Below are positions 48,051 to 58,094 of a stretch of DNA of 64,000 nucleotides, one piece after another. Origin of the DNA: an uncultured Verrucomicrobiae bacterium (GTDB lineage: Bacteria > Verrucomicrobiota > Verrucomicrobiia > Chthoniobacterales > Chthoniobacteraceae); assembly GCA_963836755.1 (NCBI GenBank), contig CAWIKF010000002.1, positions 992,001-1,056,000 on the forward strand, written 5' to 3'. Positions within the stretch are counted from its first letter, which is position 1. The number at the start of each line of letters is the position of its first letter. The notes under the pieces were generated by a model. The model did no database searches. It had not been told where the DNA came from and saw only the letters and a program-made list of their open reading frames with translations. Both the position numbers and the translations under genes were made by a program.

Positions 48051-48995
48051 CTAGAGCGGCAGCGTTGTGCGCAAAACGCTTGCGGAGCCGCTCTGCGCCT
48101 TGATTGCACGGATTTCCAGTGAAGCGGGAACGAGGAAAAAGTCCCCGGCATTGAATCCGGCTCCCGCGCATTCCACGCTGCCTTCGAGCACCGTGAAAAG
48201 TGCGCACTCTCCTTGCGGCGCCGCTTCCCGCGGAGTGGCGAGTTCCCAGCGCTCGATGCGGAAATATTCGCACTCGACGAGGATATCCGCGGCGGGCCGT
48301 TGCAGCGTCGGCGCGACGTCGTCAAAGTCGATCGATTGCAGCGATTGTTCGATGTGCAACTCGCGCGCTTTTCCATCGAGGCCGACGCGATTCCAATCGA
48401 ACACGCGGTAAGTCGTGTCGCTGTTTTGCTGCACCTCGACGATCACGTTTCCGGCGCCGATCGCGTGCACGCGGCCGCTCGGGATGAACATCGTGTCGCC
48501 GGCCTGCACAGGCACGCGATGGATTTTTTTCTCGACCGTGCCGTCCTGCAGCGCCTCGGCAAAACTTTCACGCGTCACGCCCGGCTCAAGTCCGGCGAAG
48601 ATGTCGCCGTCGCCGTGATTTTCCACGATGAACCACATCTCGGTTTTCGGTTCGCCGTTCAATTCCGGCGCGATTTTTGCCGGCGGATGCACCTGCACCG
48701 AAAGACGCTCCTGCGCGTCGAGCAGCTTGAATAAAAGCGGGAAACGCGGCGTGACCGGCGCGCTCGCGCCGAAAACCGGCTGGCGGTAATCGGTCCAAAG
48801 TTCGTGCAAAGTTTTACCGCGCAGCGGGCCGCTGTGAACCACGCTTTGCGCTTCCTCCCGGTCCACGATCTCCCACGATTCGCCGATGCGCGCGGTCGGC
48901 GGCAACTTTTTGCCGAAGAGCGTTTCGAGCCGGCGCCCGCCCCAGACGCGCTCCATGAAAAGCGGTTCAAAAATGATCGGCTCGGTGATTTTCAT
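48051..48995 (-). CDS. manA: Type I mannose-6-phosphate isomerase
   Basis: RVWGG, GESWE, LSVQVHP, KTEMW, HAIGAG, EVQQNSDTTYRVFDWNR. Confidence 0.93.
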   Translation of the reverse strand: MKITEPIIFEPLFMERVWGGRRLETLFGKKLPPTARIGESWEIVDREEAQSVVHSGPLRGKTLHELWTDYRQPVFGASAPVTPRFPLLFKLLDAQERLSVQVHPPAKIAPELNGEPKTEMWFIVENHGDGDIFAGLEPGVTRESFAEALQDGTVEKKIHRVPVQAGDTMFIPSGRVHAIGAGNVIVEVQQNSDTTYRVFDWNRVGLDGKARELHIEQSLQSIDFDDVAPTLQRPAADILVECEYFRIERWELATPREAAPQGECALFTVLEGSVECAGAGFNAGDFFLVPASLEIRAIKAQSGSASVLRTTLPL

Positions 48996-49139
48996 AAGGT
49001 TGGTTCGCGCGCGACGCGGGACGCGACTGGATGAAGCGTTTTTCCCTCGTTCGCTGTGGTGGTGCAAAATACTTCGGGCGCAAAGTCTGGCGCAATCTTC
49101 AATTGAAAGCGGAACAGTTGAGCTTAGTATGGGCCGCTA

Positions 49140-51545
49140 ATGCCACGCAGGGAGGAAAATCACACGCTGAGCGAAGTCATCGGTCTGCTTTTGCTCATGC
49201 TCGGCACCGGGCTGTTCCTCGCGTTGATTTCCTACAAGCCGAAGGACGTGCCGGAATGGGTGCCGATCATTTCGCACAGCGCGCCTGCGAATCATCCGGC
49301 GCAAAATTTCATCGGGCCGCTCGGTGCGATCGTCGCGGGCCTCTCCTATTTTTTATTCGGCGCGGCGTCGTTTTTGATCGCAGCTGTCATGCTCGGCTAC
49401 GGCGGCGCGAAGCTGCTCGTGCCGGACGTGCGCGTGACGGCGCGCTCGGTCTGGGTGATCGCGTTCGTCATTTCCGGCGCATGTCTCGTGGAGCTGCAGC
49501 CGCTTTTTTTAAATGACTGGACGGCGCTGATGAAAATTCCCGGCAAGGGCGGCTGGATCGGCCATTGGCTCGGCGTCAAACTTTTCTTCAACTCGCTCGG
49601 CCCCGTGGGCTCGCGCACTTTGCTGGCGTGCATTTATCTGACGAGCCTCGTGCTGATGACTGGCGTGCGGCCGATTCGTCTGCTGCGGCAGATCATCGCT
49701 GCGCCCGGCATTTGGCTCGAAAAACATCGGCAGTGGAAAATGGCGCGCGCGACTGAGCACGGCCGTCTTGCGATGCAGGAGCAGAAAATCAAACGCGAGC
49801 AACAGCGGATCGAAAAGCAGTTGCGCAAAAAGAAATTCGACGCGCCGGCCGAGCCCGAAATGGACCTTGACGACGCTGCCGCTGCCCGCCCGCTGCCGCA
49901 GATCATCGACACCGCGATCGCCACGCCGAAGTCGGCCAATGAAAAGGCGAAGCTCGTCCCGCGCGAGCCGATCAGCTACGAAAATTATTCGCTGCCGGAG
50001 CTCGATTTGCTCGAAGCGCCGGACATGGAAAATCGGCTCGCCGCGGACCCGAACGAATTGAAGGACGTGCAGGCGACGCTCATCGAGACGCTCGCGCAAT
50101 TCGGCATCAGCGTCGCGCCCGGCGACATCACGCGCGGACCGACGATCACGCGCTACGAGGTTTACCCGGCGAAAGGCGTGCGTGTGGATAAAATCGTGGC
50201 GCTCGAGCGCGACCTCGCCCGCGCCACGCGCGCCGAGCGGATCAACATCCTCGCGCCGATTCCCGGCAAGGACACCGTCGGCATCGAGATTGCGAACTCG
50301 AGCAAGATGAAAGTCACGCTGCGCGAGCTGCTCGAATCCGACGATTGGAGCAACACGAAAGCGAAAATCCCGCTCGCGCTCGGCAAGGATGTTTACGGAA
50401 AAACGATCATCGCAGACCTCGCGGTCATGCCGCATTGCCTCGTCGCCGGCACGACCGGCTCGGGCAAAAGTGTCTGCATCAACTCGATCATCGCGAGCAT
50501 GCTTTACCGCTTCACGCCGGACGAAATGCGTTTCGTAATGATCGACCCGAAAGTCGTGGAAATGCAGGTGTATAACACTTTGCCGCACCTTGTTGTCCCG
50601 GTCGTGACCGATCCGAAAAAGGTGCTGCTGGCGCTGCGCTGGGTCATCGACGAGATGGAGAAACGCTACAAAATTTTCGCGAAGACAAACGTGCGCAACA
50701 TCACGAGCTTCAACGCGCGCCCGAAACCGAAATCGCAAAAGGAGCTCGACGCCGAGGCCGATGCGAAAGCTGAAAAACTTTCTGCCGATGAAATGGACGA
50801 GCCCGCCGCGGAAGGTTCCGTCGAGGAATATCTCCAGAGCGTCACGAACATCCGCGTGCCGCGCGAGGATGACATCATTGTTCCCGATCACATGAGCTAC
50901 ATCGTGGTCATCATCGACGAGCTCGCGGACTTGATGCAGACCGCGCCCGCCGATGTCGAGAGCGCGATCGCCCGCATCACGCAGATGGCGCGCGCGGCCG
51001 GCATTCACATGATCGTCGCAACGCAAACGCCGCGCGCGGATGTCGTCACGGGCGTCATCAAGGCGAACATCCCGAGCCGCATCGCCTTCCAGGTGGCGTC
51101 AAAACTCGATTCGCGCGTGATCCTCGATGAAAACGGCGCGGACCGGCTGCTCGGCCAGGGCGACATGCTTTACCTGCCGCCCGGCACTTCGCGCATGACT
51201 CGGGCGCAGGGCGTGCTCGTGACCGACGAGGAAATCCGCCGACTCGTCGAGTTTGTCTCGGCACAAAGCGCGCCCGCCTTTGAAACGGACATCCACGAAA
51301 AACTGCAGTCGAGCGGGAAGATCGAGGAAGACGTCAGCGAGGAAGATGAAGAGCTCGTGCAAAAATGCATCGAGATCATGCGGCAGGAAAAAAAGGCGAG
51401 CACGTCGCTTTTCCAGCGCCGTCTGCGGCTCGGATACACGCGCGCCGCGCGCGTCGTCGATATTCTCGAGCAGCGCGGATATGTCGCCCCGGGCGATGGC
51501 GCGAAGCCGCGCGAAATCCTCGTCGATCTCGACGCGCTTGTTTAA
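49140..51545 (+). CDS. ftsK: DNA translocase FtsK
   Basis: N-terminal TM domain, GTTGSGKS, IDELADLM, LLGQGDML, gamma domain QRRLRLGYTRAAR. Confidence 0.97.
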   Translation: MPRREENHTLSEVIGLLLLMLGTGLFLALISYKPKDVPEWVPIISHSAPANHPAQNFIGPLGAIVAGLSYFLFGAASFLIAAVMLGYGGAKLLVPDVRVTARSVWVIAFVISGACLVELQPLFLNDWTALMKIPGKGGWIGHWLGVKLFFNSLGPVGSRTLLACIYLTSLVLMTGVRPIRLLRQIIAAPGIWLEKHRQWKMARATEHGRLAMQEQKIKREQQRIEKQLRKKKFDAPAEPEMDLDDAAAARPLPQIIDTAIATPKSANEKAKLVPREPISYENYSLPELDLLEAPDMENRLAADPNELKDVQATLIETLAQFGISVAPGDITRGPTITRYEVYPAKGVRVDKIVALERDLARATRAERINILAPIPGKDTVGIEIANSSKMKVTLRELLESDDWSNTKAKIPLALGKDVYGKTIIADLAVMPHCLVAGTTGSGKSVCINSIIASMLYRFTPDEMRFVMIDPKVVEMQVYNTLPHLVVPVVTDPKKVLLALRWVIDEMEKRYKIFAKTNVRNITSFNARPKPKSQKELDAEADAKAEKLSADEMDEPAAEGSVEEYLQSVTNIRVPREDDIIVPDHMSYIVVIIDELADLMQTAPADVESAIARITQMARAAGIHMIVATQTPRADVVTGVIKANIPSRIAFQVASKLDSRVILDENGADRLLGQGDMLYLPPGTSRMTRAQGVLVTDEEIRRLVEFVSAQSAPAFETDIHEKLQSSGKIEEDVSEEDEELVQKCIEIMRQEKKASTSLFQRRLRLGYTRAARVVDILEQRGYVAPGDGAKPREILVDLDALV

Positions 51546-51558
51546 CGATTTGTAAAAA

Positions 51559-52398
51559 ATGGTCGAAACCGTCGGTAAAAAACTCGAGCTGGCTCGCAAG
51601 CGCAAACAAATCTCCATCGAGGAAGCCGCACGCGCCACGCGCATGCGCCCGGACAAAATCCTCGACCTCGAAAAGGACAACTACACGAACTTTCCGAACA
51701 TGACTTACGCGAAGGGCTTCCTGCTCATCTACGCGAAGTTTTTGAACGTTGAGGTCAGCGACTTTGCCGACACCCTCGCGACCACGAACCCGGTCGGCAT
51801 CGAGGATTACGAGTATCTCAACGCCAGCGAACGCCGCGTCCCGCACGCCGCGCATCGCGCTCCGCGGCCCGCGCTCTGGCCGTTCTTCATGGTGATGGCC
51901 GTCGTCTTCGGCGCGATCTGCGTGATGTATTTCATCCTCACGCTCAAGCGCATCGCCGCGCCCGACACCAGCGACATCGCGCTCCTCGCCTCGCCATCGC
52001 CGCTGCCATCGGCGTCGCCTCAGGCGTCGGTCGAAGTTCGCCGCGTCTCGGCCGTTGCTTCGCCGCTCGCGATGGCCGCAACTCCCGCGCCGTCCGCGAT
52101 TCCCGCGCCGTCGGCGATGCCGACCGTTGCCTCCACGCCGGAGCCGACAGCGACGCCGACGCCTGTGCCGGTCTTGAAAGACGTGGCGCTGAAGCCGATC
52201 AAAAAAACGTGGGTGAAAGTCGTCAAAGATGTGCAAGATTCACCGCCCATCTTCGAAGATTATCTCTATCCCGATGCGCACGGCCTGAAGTTCCGCGGCT
52301 ACAAATTCTGGATCGACGTCCGTGAGAAGGACGCAGTGGAAATCACAAAAGATGGCGCGCCCGTCGCGATCGATGGGAACTCCGTCACCATCGAGTGA
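51559..52398 (+). CDS. rodZ: RodZ-like HTH membrane protein
   Basis: GKKL..AR...SIEEAA..TR...YAKGFL..YAKFL, single TM; conserved ftsK-rodZ-rimO order. Confidence 0.8.
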   Translation: MVETVGKKLELARKRKQISIEEAARATRMRPDKILDLEKDNYTNFPNMTYAKGFLLIYAKFLNVEVSDFADTLATTNPVGIEDYEYLNASERRVPHAAHRAPRPALWPFFMVMAVVFGAICVMYFILTLKRIAAPDTSDIALLASPSPLPSASPQASVEVRRVSAVASPLAMAATPAPSAIPAPSAMPTVASTPEPTATPTPVPVLKDVALKPIKKTWVKVVKDVQDSPPIFEDYLYPDAHGLKFRGYKFWIDVREKDAVEITKDGAPVAIDGNSVTIE

Positions 52399-53786
52399 AT
52401 TCCAAAATCGAAACTCCAGATTCCAAAATCGCGAAGGTCGGCATGATCAGCCTCGGCTGCGCGAAAAATCTCGTCGATGCCGAGATCATGCTCGGCGGCG
52501 TCGCGCAAAACGGCATGCAAATCACCGCCGATGCGGACGACGCCGATGTGCTCATCGTCAACACCTGCGCGTTCATCGACTCGGCGAAGGAGGAATCGAT
52601 CGACGCCATCCTCGACGCGCATGCGCAGCGCGGCCTGCGCAAAAAACCGGGGCAAAAATTGATCGTCAGCGGTTGCATGGCGCAACGTTTTTCAAAAGAA
52701 CTCGCGCGCGAGATGCCGGAAGTCGATGCGTTCATCGGCCTCGACCAGGTCGCCGCTGCCGGAAACATCGTCAGCAACGTTTTAGCGGGTGAAAAATCCG
52801 CGCCGCTCGACCTCGTCACGCGCCGCCCGACTTACATTCCCGATTACGACACGCCGCGCTTCCGCCTCACCGCGCCGCACACGGCCTACGTCAAAATCGC
52901 CGAGGGGTGCAACCATCCGTGCAGCTTCTGCGTCATCCCGCAAATGCGCGGACGCCATCGCAGCCGCACCATCGAATCGGTCGTCGCCGAAGTGCGCGCG
53001 CTCGTCGCCGACGGCGTGCGCGAGATCAATTTGATCAGCCAGGACACCACCTATTTCGGCATGGATCTGTGGGAGCAGCGCGCGAACCCGACGCAGCCGG
53101 TCGATTCCAGCCGCGGGCCGACTTTGACGAAACTTTTACGCGCGTTGCAAAGCATCGACGGCGATTTCTGGATTCGGCTGCTCTACACGCATCCGGCGCA
53201 TTGGAGCGACGAGCTCATTGCCGCCATCGCCGAATGCGACAAAGTCGCCCGCTACATCGACATGCCGCTCCAGCACATTCACGGCGAGATGCTTGGCAAA
53301 ATGCGGCGCGAGACGACCAGCGAACACATCGAGCAGCTCATCGCGCGCATCCGCGCCGGCGTGCCCGGCATCGCGCTGCGCACCACCTTCATCGTCGGCT
53401 TTCCGGGCGAGACCGCGGAACATTTCGAGACGCTCCTCGCCTTCATCGAGCGGACGCGCTTCGAGCGGCTCGGAGTTTTTTCCTATTCGCAGGAGGAAGG
53501 CTCGCGCGCGGCGAAGATGGAGGGTCAAATTTCCGCGAAAATCAAAACCACGCGTTTCCAGCGTGCGATGAAGCTGCAGCAAAAGATCGCCCGCGAGCAT
53601 TCCGAGTCGATGATCGGCAGAACTTTGCGCGTGCTCGTGGAGAAACCGCTGCTCGCTCGCGGCGAATCTGACGCGCCCGAAGTGGACACGCAGATCATTT
53701 TGAAGACGCCGGCGCCCGTCGGCCAATTCGCGAACGTCCGCATCACCGGCACGCAAGTTTACGACCTCCTCGCCGAGCCGGCCTGA
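52395..53786 (+). CDS. rimO: Ribosomal protein S12 methylthiotransferase
   Basis: SLGCAKNLVD, NTCAFI, KIAEGCNHPCSFC, TTFIVGFPGET, APEVD. Confidence 0.96.
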   Translation: MNSKIETPDSKIAKVGMISLGCAKNLVDAEIMLGGVAQNGMQITADADDADVLIVNTCAFIDSAKEESIDAILDAHAQRGLRKKPGQKLIVSGCMAQRFSKELAREMPEVDAFIGLDQVAAAGNIVSNVLAGEKSAPLDLVTRRPTYIPDYDTPRFRLTAPHTAYVKIAEGCNHPCSFCVIPQMRGRHRSRTIESVVAEVRALVADGVREINLISQDTTYFGMDLWEQRANPTQPVDSSRGPTLTKLLRALQSIDGDFWIRLLYTHPAHWSDELIAAIAECDKVARYIDMPLQHIHGEMLGKMRRETTSEHIEQLIARIRAGVPGIALRTTFIVGFPGETAEHFETLLAFIERTRFERLGVFSYSQEEGSRAAKMEGQISAKIKTTRFQRAMKLQQKIAREHSESMIGRTLRVLVEKPLLARGESDAPEVDTQIILKTPAPVGQFANVRITGTQVYDLLAEPA

Positions 53787-53794
53787 GCGCAGGA

Positions 53795-54030
53795 GGAGGT
53801 TTCGAAAACCAATCCCGGTCTTCTCGACACCTCGGCTTCCCTCGACGAGACCTCGGACGGGGCTTTGCGCGACCTCCATTGCCCTTTCCGAGACCAAATT
53901 GCCCTCGCGGAGAGAAAGATTGCCCTCCGCGAGACCAAATTATCCGTCGCCGAGACCAAATTTGCCCTTTGGAAGGCCTCCATTGCCCTCGCGAAGCTCG
54001 AAAGAGCCCTCGCCGAGACCTCCCCCGGCG
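53795..54030. repeat. Degenerate 21-bp array (about 11 units), minus-strand consensus AATTTGGTCTCGGCGAGGGCA
   Basis: GAGGGC/GGTCTC recur at about 21-nt period; the plus frame reads heptads IALAERK/IALRETK/LSVAETK/FALWKAS. Confidence 0.85.
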
Positions 54031-54062
54031 TTAGCCAGGGCAATCCGGCCCGTCAGAACCTG

Positions 54063-54542
54063 CTACTTTGCAGGAGCTTGCCCCGGTTTTGCGGGCGTCG
54101 CCCGGCCCGGATACCGCGTCGCGAGGTCGGTGTGGATGTCGCCCGCGCTGGCCGCGCCGTGCTTGGCGGCTTCGGCCGTGTTGTTATAGTAGGCGAGGTC
54201 GGCATACATGATTTCGTTGCCGATCACGTTGAAAGTATCGTCGGCCTTTTCCACCAGCAGGCGGAGTCGGGGCAAAAACTTCTGGAATTGCGCGCGCGCC
54301 GTCCGGTCCTTGGTGACCTCGGCGGGGTTCACGAAGCTGGGGAGAAACTGCGGGTTGCTCGCCATGTAGCCCTCGGCTTTTTCGTCAAAAGCGACCGATT
54401 TTTCGCCCAACAGCACCGTGTCATCGCCCGCGTCGCGGCTGATGAGGAAGTTGAGGACCGACTCGATGCCTGCAATATGGGCGTTTACGTCGGTAACATT
54501 CTGGTCGGTGATGGTGACGGAGATGCGGTTTTGGTTGGGCAT
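54063..54542 (-). CDS. Small all-helical hypothetical protein adjacent to a 21-bp array
   Basis: NRISVTIT...GEKSVAFDEKA..Y...NPQFLPSFV...DDT....G.E.....LAYYN...AAK.G....I..DL..RYP. From memory this resembles a widespread uncharacterised family; not verified. Confidence 0.8.
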   Translation of the reverse strand: MPNQNRISVTITDQNVTDVNAHIAGIESVLNFLISRDAGDDTVLLGEKSVAFDEKAEGYMASNPQFLPSFVNPAEVTKDRTARAQFQKFLPRLRLLVEKADDTFNVIGNEIMYADLAYYNNTAEAAKHGAASAGDIHTDLATRYPGRATPAKPGQAPAK

Positions 54543-54644
54543 AGGTGAGGACGGTTCTGTTGAACAAACGAGTTGAGGTCAAGGGAAATCCGGCCCCGAG
54601 CGGGCGCGTTTCAATACCAAAACAGATTCTTTCGGTGACTTCCT

Positions 54645-56417
54645 TCAAAGGTTCCGGCTCACCGCGCGCCACACCGCGCGGGCGATGAAGAAATCGGCGA
54701 CCGCCGAAAAAATGCACGTCAGGACGATGAGTTCGCTGTTGTGGACGTCGTCGTAGTTTCGCGTCCAGAAGTGCAGTGCAATTCCGGCATTGAAGATTAA
54801 AAATGCAATGGCCACATCCAGCGCGAGCAGCGGGAACAGCAGCCCATCGAAAACCGCGAGCCACAGGCCATGAAGTTTGCCAGCCGAGCGCCGAATTTGC
54901 GTGACGGAAATCCAGCCGAAAATTGTCGTGTTAACGGCAAACAACAGCGCCACCAACTGGAAGATGCCGATCAACAAACGAACCCCTCGTTCAGAAAGAT
55001 CAAGCGGACCAATCAAGGCCGGGCCGATGACGACAATGGCGAAAGGCAGAATGGCAAGACACGCGCCCACAATGGCCGTGCGCGAGAAGCGCGGGGTCGA
55101 AATCACCTCCGCGTGCGTCTCGCGGGGGAGGTTCGGTTTTTGCTCAAATTTCCAGTCAAACTTCCACCCCGTTTTTTGACTGTAGCGTATCCCCACAAAA
55201 GCCGAGGCGATGATCAGAATGATGCACGCCTCGATCCAATGGTCCCAAGTTTTGCCATGGCCCGACCCGAGCAAAATCAGAATGAACGAGACGAGCCAAA
55301 ACAGGCGCCAGCCCCAGCGCTTGATTAAATCAACGTCGTCGTTGCTGTCGTCGTCGCGCGTGTCGGCGGCGGCTGGTTCGGACGCTGACTTGCGGCTGTC
55401 CGAGCCGGGATCGGCCGCGATCGTTTCGACCTGCGTTTTAAAAATGCTCGCCTGCTGGTAACGGCGGTCGGGATCTTTTTCCAAGGCGCGCAGCACCACT
55501 TCATCGAGCCGCACGTCGATCTGCACTTTGCGGGAGGGCGGCTCGATGCGTTTCGCGGGAAGCTCGCCGGTCAGCATTTGGTAAAAGACAACGCCGAGCG
55601 CGTAAATGTCCGCGCGGTGATCGACTGCCCCGGGATGCTCGGTCTGCTCCGGCGCCATGTAGTTCGGCGTGCCGATGACTTTGCCGGCCTCGGTCAATTC
55701 CGCTGCAGCGCCGGTGTGTGACCGCCGCAAGTTTTCGTCGTCCGAATCCCGAGCCTCAGTGGCTGCCGCTACGATTTTCGCAACTCCGAAGTCTGCGATT
55801 TTCACTTGTCCCTCTTTGTTTAACAAAATGTTTTCGGGCTTGATGTCGCGATGAACGATGCCGTGGTCGTGCGCGAACTGAAGCGCATCACAAATCTGCG
55901 GGACGATCGCGAGCGCCTCGCGCGGCGAGATGCGCTCGCCATGCAAGAGCTGGCGCAGGTTTACGCCGTCCACAAATTCCATGAGGAAGTAGTAAAGTGG
56001 AGAGCCGCTTTCTTCGCGGATGGCGGTCTGGCCGAACTCGTAGAGCGTGACGATGTGTGGATGATGCAGCTTCGCGAGCGCCTTCGCTTCGCGCGCAAAT
56101 CGCGCCGCGAACGCCGGATCATCGCCGATGCCGGGCGGCAGAATTTTCAGCGCGACGAGCCGGTCGAGCTGTTTTTGGCGCGCTTTGTAGACCGCGCCCA
56201 TTCCGCCTTTGCCGATGAGTTCCAAAATCTCGAGCTGCGGAAAATGCGGCGCGAGTTCCGCGGGTGCGGGCGGCTGAAAGGCGCGCAATTTTTCCAGATG
56301 CGCTTCGTCGGTGATCGCGCCGAAACCCGCGCTCAGCAAGCATTCCGGGCAGATGCCCATCGGCGCGTCGGCGGGCAGCGGCTTTCCGCAGGTGGGGCAG
56401 GTGATGACGGTATTCAT
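54645..56417 (-). CDS. Membrane Hanks-type Ser/Thr protein kinase with an N-terminal Cys4 Zn finger
   Basis: CPTCG...CPECLL; IGKGGMGAVY, HRDIKPEN, DFG, GTPNYMAPEQ; C-terminal TMs. Confidence 0.95.
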   Translation of the reverse strand: MNTVITCPTCGKPLPADAPMGICPECLLSAGFGAITDEAHLEKLRAFQPPAPAELAPHFPQLEILELIGKGGMGAVYKARQKQLDRLVALKILPPGIGDDPAFAARFAREAKALAKLHHPHIVTLYEFGQTAIREESGSPLYYFLMEFVDGVNLRQLLHGERISPREALAIVPQICDALQFAHDHGIVHRDIKPENILLNKEGQVKIADFGVAKIVAAATEARDSDDENLRRSHTGAAAELTEAGKVIGTPNYMAPEQTEHPGAVDHRADIYALGVVFYQMLTGELPAKRIEPPSRKVQIDVRLDEVVLRALEKDPDRRYQQASIFKTQVETIAADPGSDSRKSASEPAAADTRDDDSNDDVDLIKRWGWRLFWLVSFILILLGSGHGKTWDHWIEACIILIIASAFVGIRYSQKTGWKFDWKFEQKPNLPRETHAEVISTPRFSRTAIVGACLAILPFAIVVIGPALIGPLDLSERGVRLLIGIFQLVALLFAVNTTIFGWISVTQIRRSAGKLHGLWLAVFDGLLFPLLALDVAIAFLIFNAGIALHFWTRNYDDVHNSELIVLTCIFSAVADFFIARAVWRAVSRNL

Positions 56418-56467
56418 GGCTTCACCCGATCAGAGGGAGCGCGCGGAAAATGTTACACGCCGCGCGT

Positions 56468-57190
56468 TCAGCGTGAAAGAATCCGCCGCAGATATTGCAG
56501 TTCCTCGAGCATTTCCTCCTCGCTGGAAACCGTGTGCAGAAGCTCCTCGCGCAGCGCCACGCGATATCGCCGCCGCAGCCGGTGGATCGCCACCCGCACC
56601 GCTGCCTCGCTCATTTCCAGCCGCGCCGCGAGTTCGCAGGACGGCGTCTCGCTCTTCTCGCCAGCCAGCGCAAAACGCAATTCGGCGAAAAGTTTTCCGC
56701 GCCCCGATTCCTCGTATTCCCGGGCCAGACGCTGCATCACGGTTTCGAGCAGCGTCAGCGCCCATTGCCGCTCAAAGGCTTGATCGGGCGAAAGCGCGCC
56801 GCTCGGCACGGAGCGATAGCGTTCCTCCGCCGCGGTCGAATCGAGCGAAAAAGAAAGCCGCGCATCGCGCTTGGCCGCGAATGCAAAGTCGCGCTCATCG
56901 GCGAGAAAATGTTTGAGCGACGCGAGCAGAAACGCGCGGAATTTCCCGTGCGCCTCGTTGACATTTCCCAGCGAATCGAGCCGCAGCAGCCGCGCAAAAA
57001 ATCCCTGCGTCGCATCGCTCGCGTCGTCCGGCGAGCGTCCGGTGCGGCGCACATAGGCATAGAGCGGATACCAGTAAGTCTGGCAAAGCTCGGCCAGCGC
57101 TGCATGCGCGCCGGTCGTGTCCGCGCCGCGCGCGCGCCGGATCGTCGTCCAGCGCGTGGTGACGAACAAATCATCCGCGTGATTTTTCAT
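56468..57190 (-). CDS. ECF-type sigma-70 factor (kinase-associated, PVC type)
   Basis: F.TTRW...AL.ELC..YWYPLYAYVRR...D.TQGFF...G.FR.FL; region 4 A.RL.MSE.AVRVA.HRLR. Confidence 0.9.
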   Translation of the reverse strand: MKNHADDLFVTTRWTTIRRARGADTTGAHAALAELCQTYWYPLYAYVRRTGRSPDDASDATQGFFARLLRLDSLGNVNEAHGKFRAFLLASLKHFLADERDFAFAAKRDARLSFSLDSTAAEERYRSVPSGALSPDQAFERQWALTLLETVMQRLAREYEESGRGKLFAELRFALAGEKSETPSCELAARLEMSEAAVRVAIHRLRRRYRVALREELLHTVSSEEEMLEELQYLRRILSR

Positions 57191-57373
57191 GAGCTAAAAA
57201 TGCGGCATGGGAAAATTCTCTCACAGATCTTCATCGGCATTTGCTCGGAAATGTTACCGCACACCAGCGGCAACGCCGAGGCGCTTCATCCGAATCGGAA
57301 CTTTTACAATTCCTTAAACATTTTTTCCGCGACGAAGAATCGGGTGAATGGTTCGTTACTAAAATTCCTCATC

Positions 57374-58081
57374 ATGCACGAAAATCCTGCTTCACTTTCG
57401 CGGCGTCATTTTCTGCGCACCGCCAGTCTCGCGGCTGGCTTCTTCACCGTGCGCGGCACCTTTGCGGAAGAGCTTTCGCGGCAAACGGCGTGGGTCACGG
57501 AAGGCCCGTTTTATCCGCCAAAACTTCCGCTCGATACCGACAATGATTTGCTGATCATCAATGACGCGATCACGCCCGCGGTCGGCGAGATCGCGCACGT
57601 GAGCGGGCGGTTGCTCGATGCGAAGGGCAGCCCGGTCAGGAACGCGGTCGTCGAGATTTGGCAGTGCGACAGCGCGAAGGTTTATCTCGCCGAGCGCGAC
57701 AAGCGGGAAAAGTTTGATGCCAATTTCCAGGGCTTCGGGCGATTCCTCACCGGCTCGACCGGCGAGTATTATTTCCGCACCATCAAGCCGGTGCCGTATC
57801 CGGGCCGGCCCGCGCCGCACATCCATTTCAAGGTCAAATCGAAAGGCACCGAGCCGTGGACGACGCAGCTTTTCATCAAGGGCTTCCCCGGCAACGCACG
57901 CGACGGCGTCTATGGCGGCATCGGCGATGCGAGGGCGCAGGAGACGGTGACGACGGATTTCGTGCCGGTGAAAGATTCGCGCATCGGCGAAGTCGCGGCG
58001 CGGTTCGACATTATCTCTGGCGCGACGCCGCGCGAGGAACACGATCAAGGCCCCGGTTTTGGCCGGCCGCCTGGCCGCTAA
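57374..58081 (+). CDS. Tat-exported intradiol ring-cleavage dioxygenase-like protein
   Basis: SRRHFL signal; EGPFY, VEIWQCD...Y, FRTIKPVPYPGRPAPHIHFK. Confidence 0.88.
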   Translation: MHENPASLSRRHFLRTASLAAGFFTVRGTFAEELSRQTAWVTEGPFYPPKLPLDTDNDLLIINDAITPAVGEIAHVSGRLLDAKGSPVRNAVVEIWQCDSAKVYLAERDKREKFDANFQGFGRFLTGSTGEYYFRTIKPVPYPGRPAPHIHFKVKSKGTEPWTTQLFIKGFPGNARDGVYGGIGDARAQETVTTDFVPVKDSRIGEVAARFDIISGATPREEHDQGPGFGRPPGR

Positions 58082-58094
58082 TTTTAGACAGTTT

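Noticed and set aside
56495..58081. 528-aa ORF
   Set aside because: The first part is antisense to the ECF sigma gene; the dioxygenase starts at 57374 with a Tat signal.
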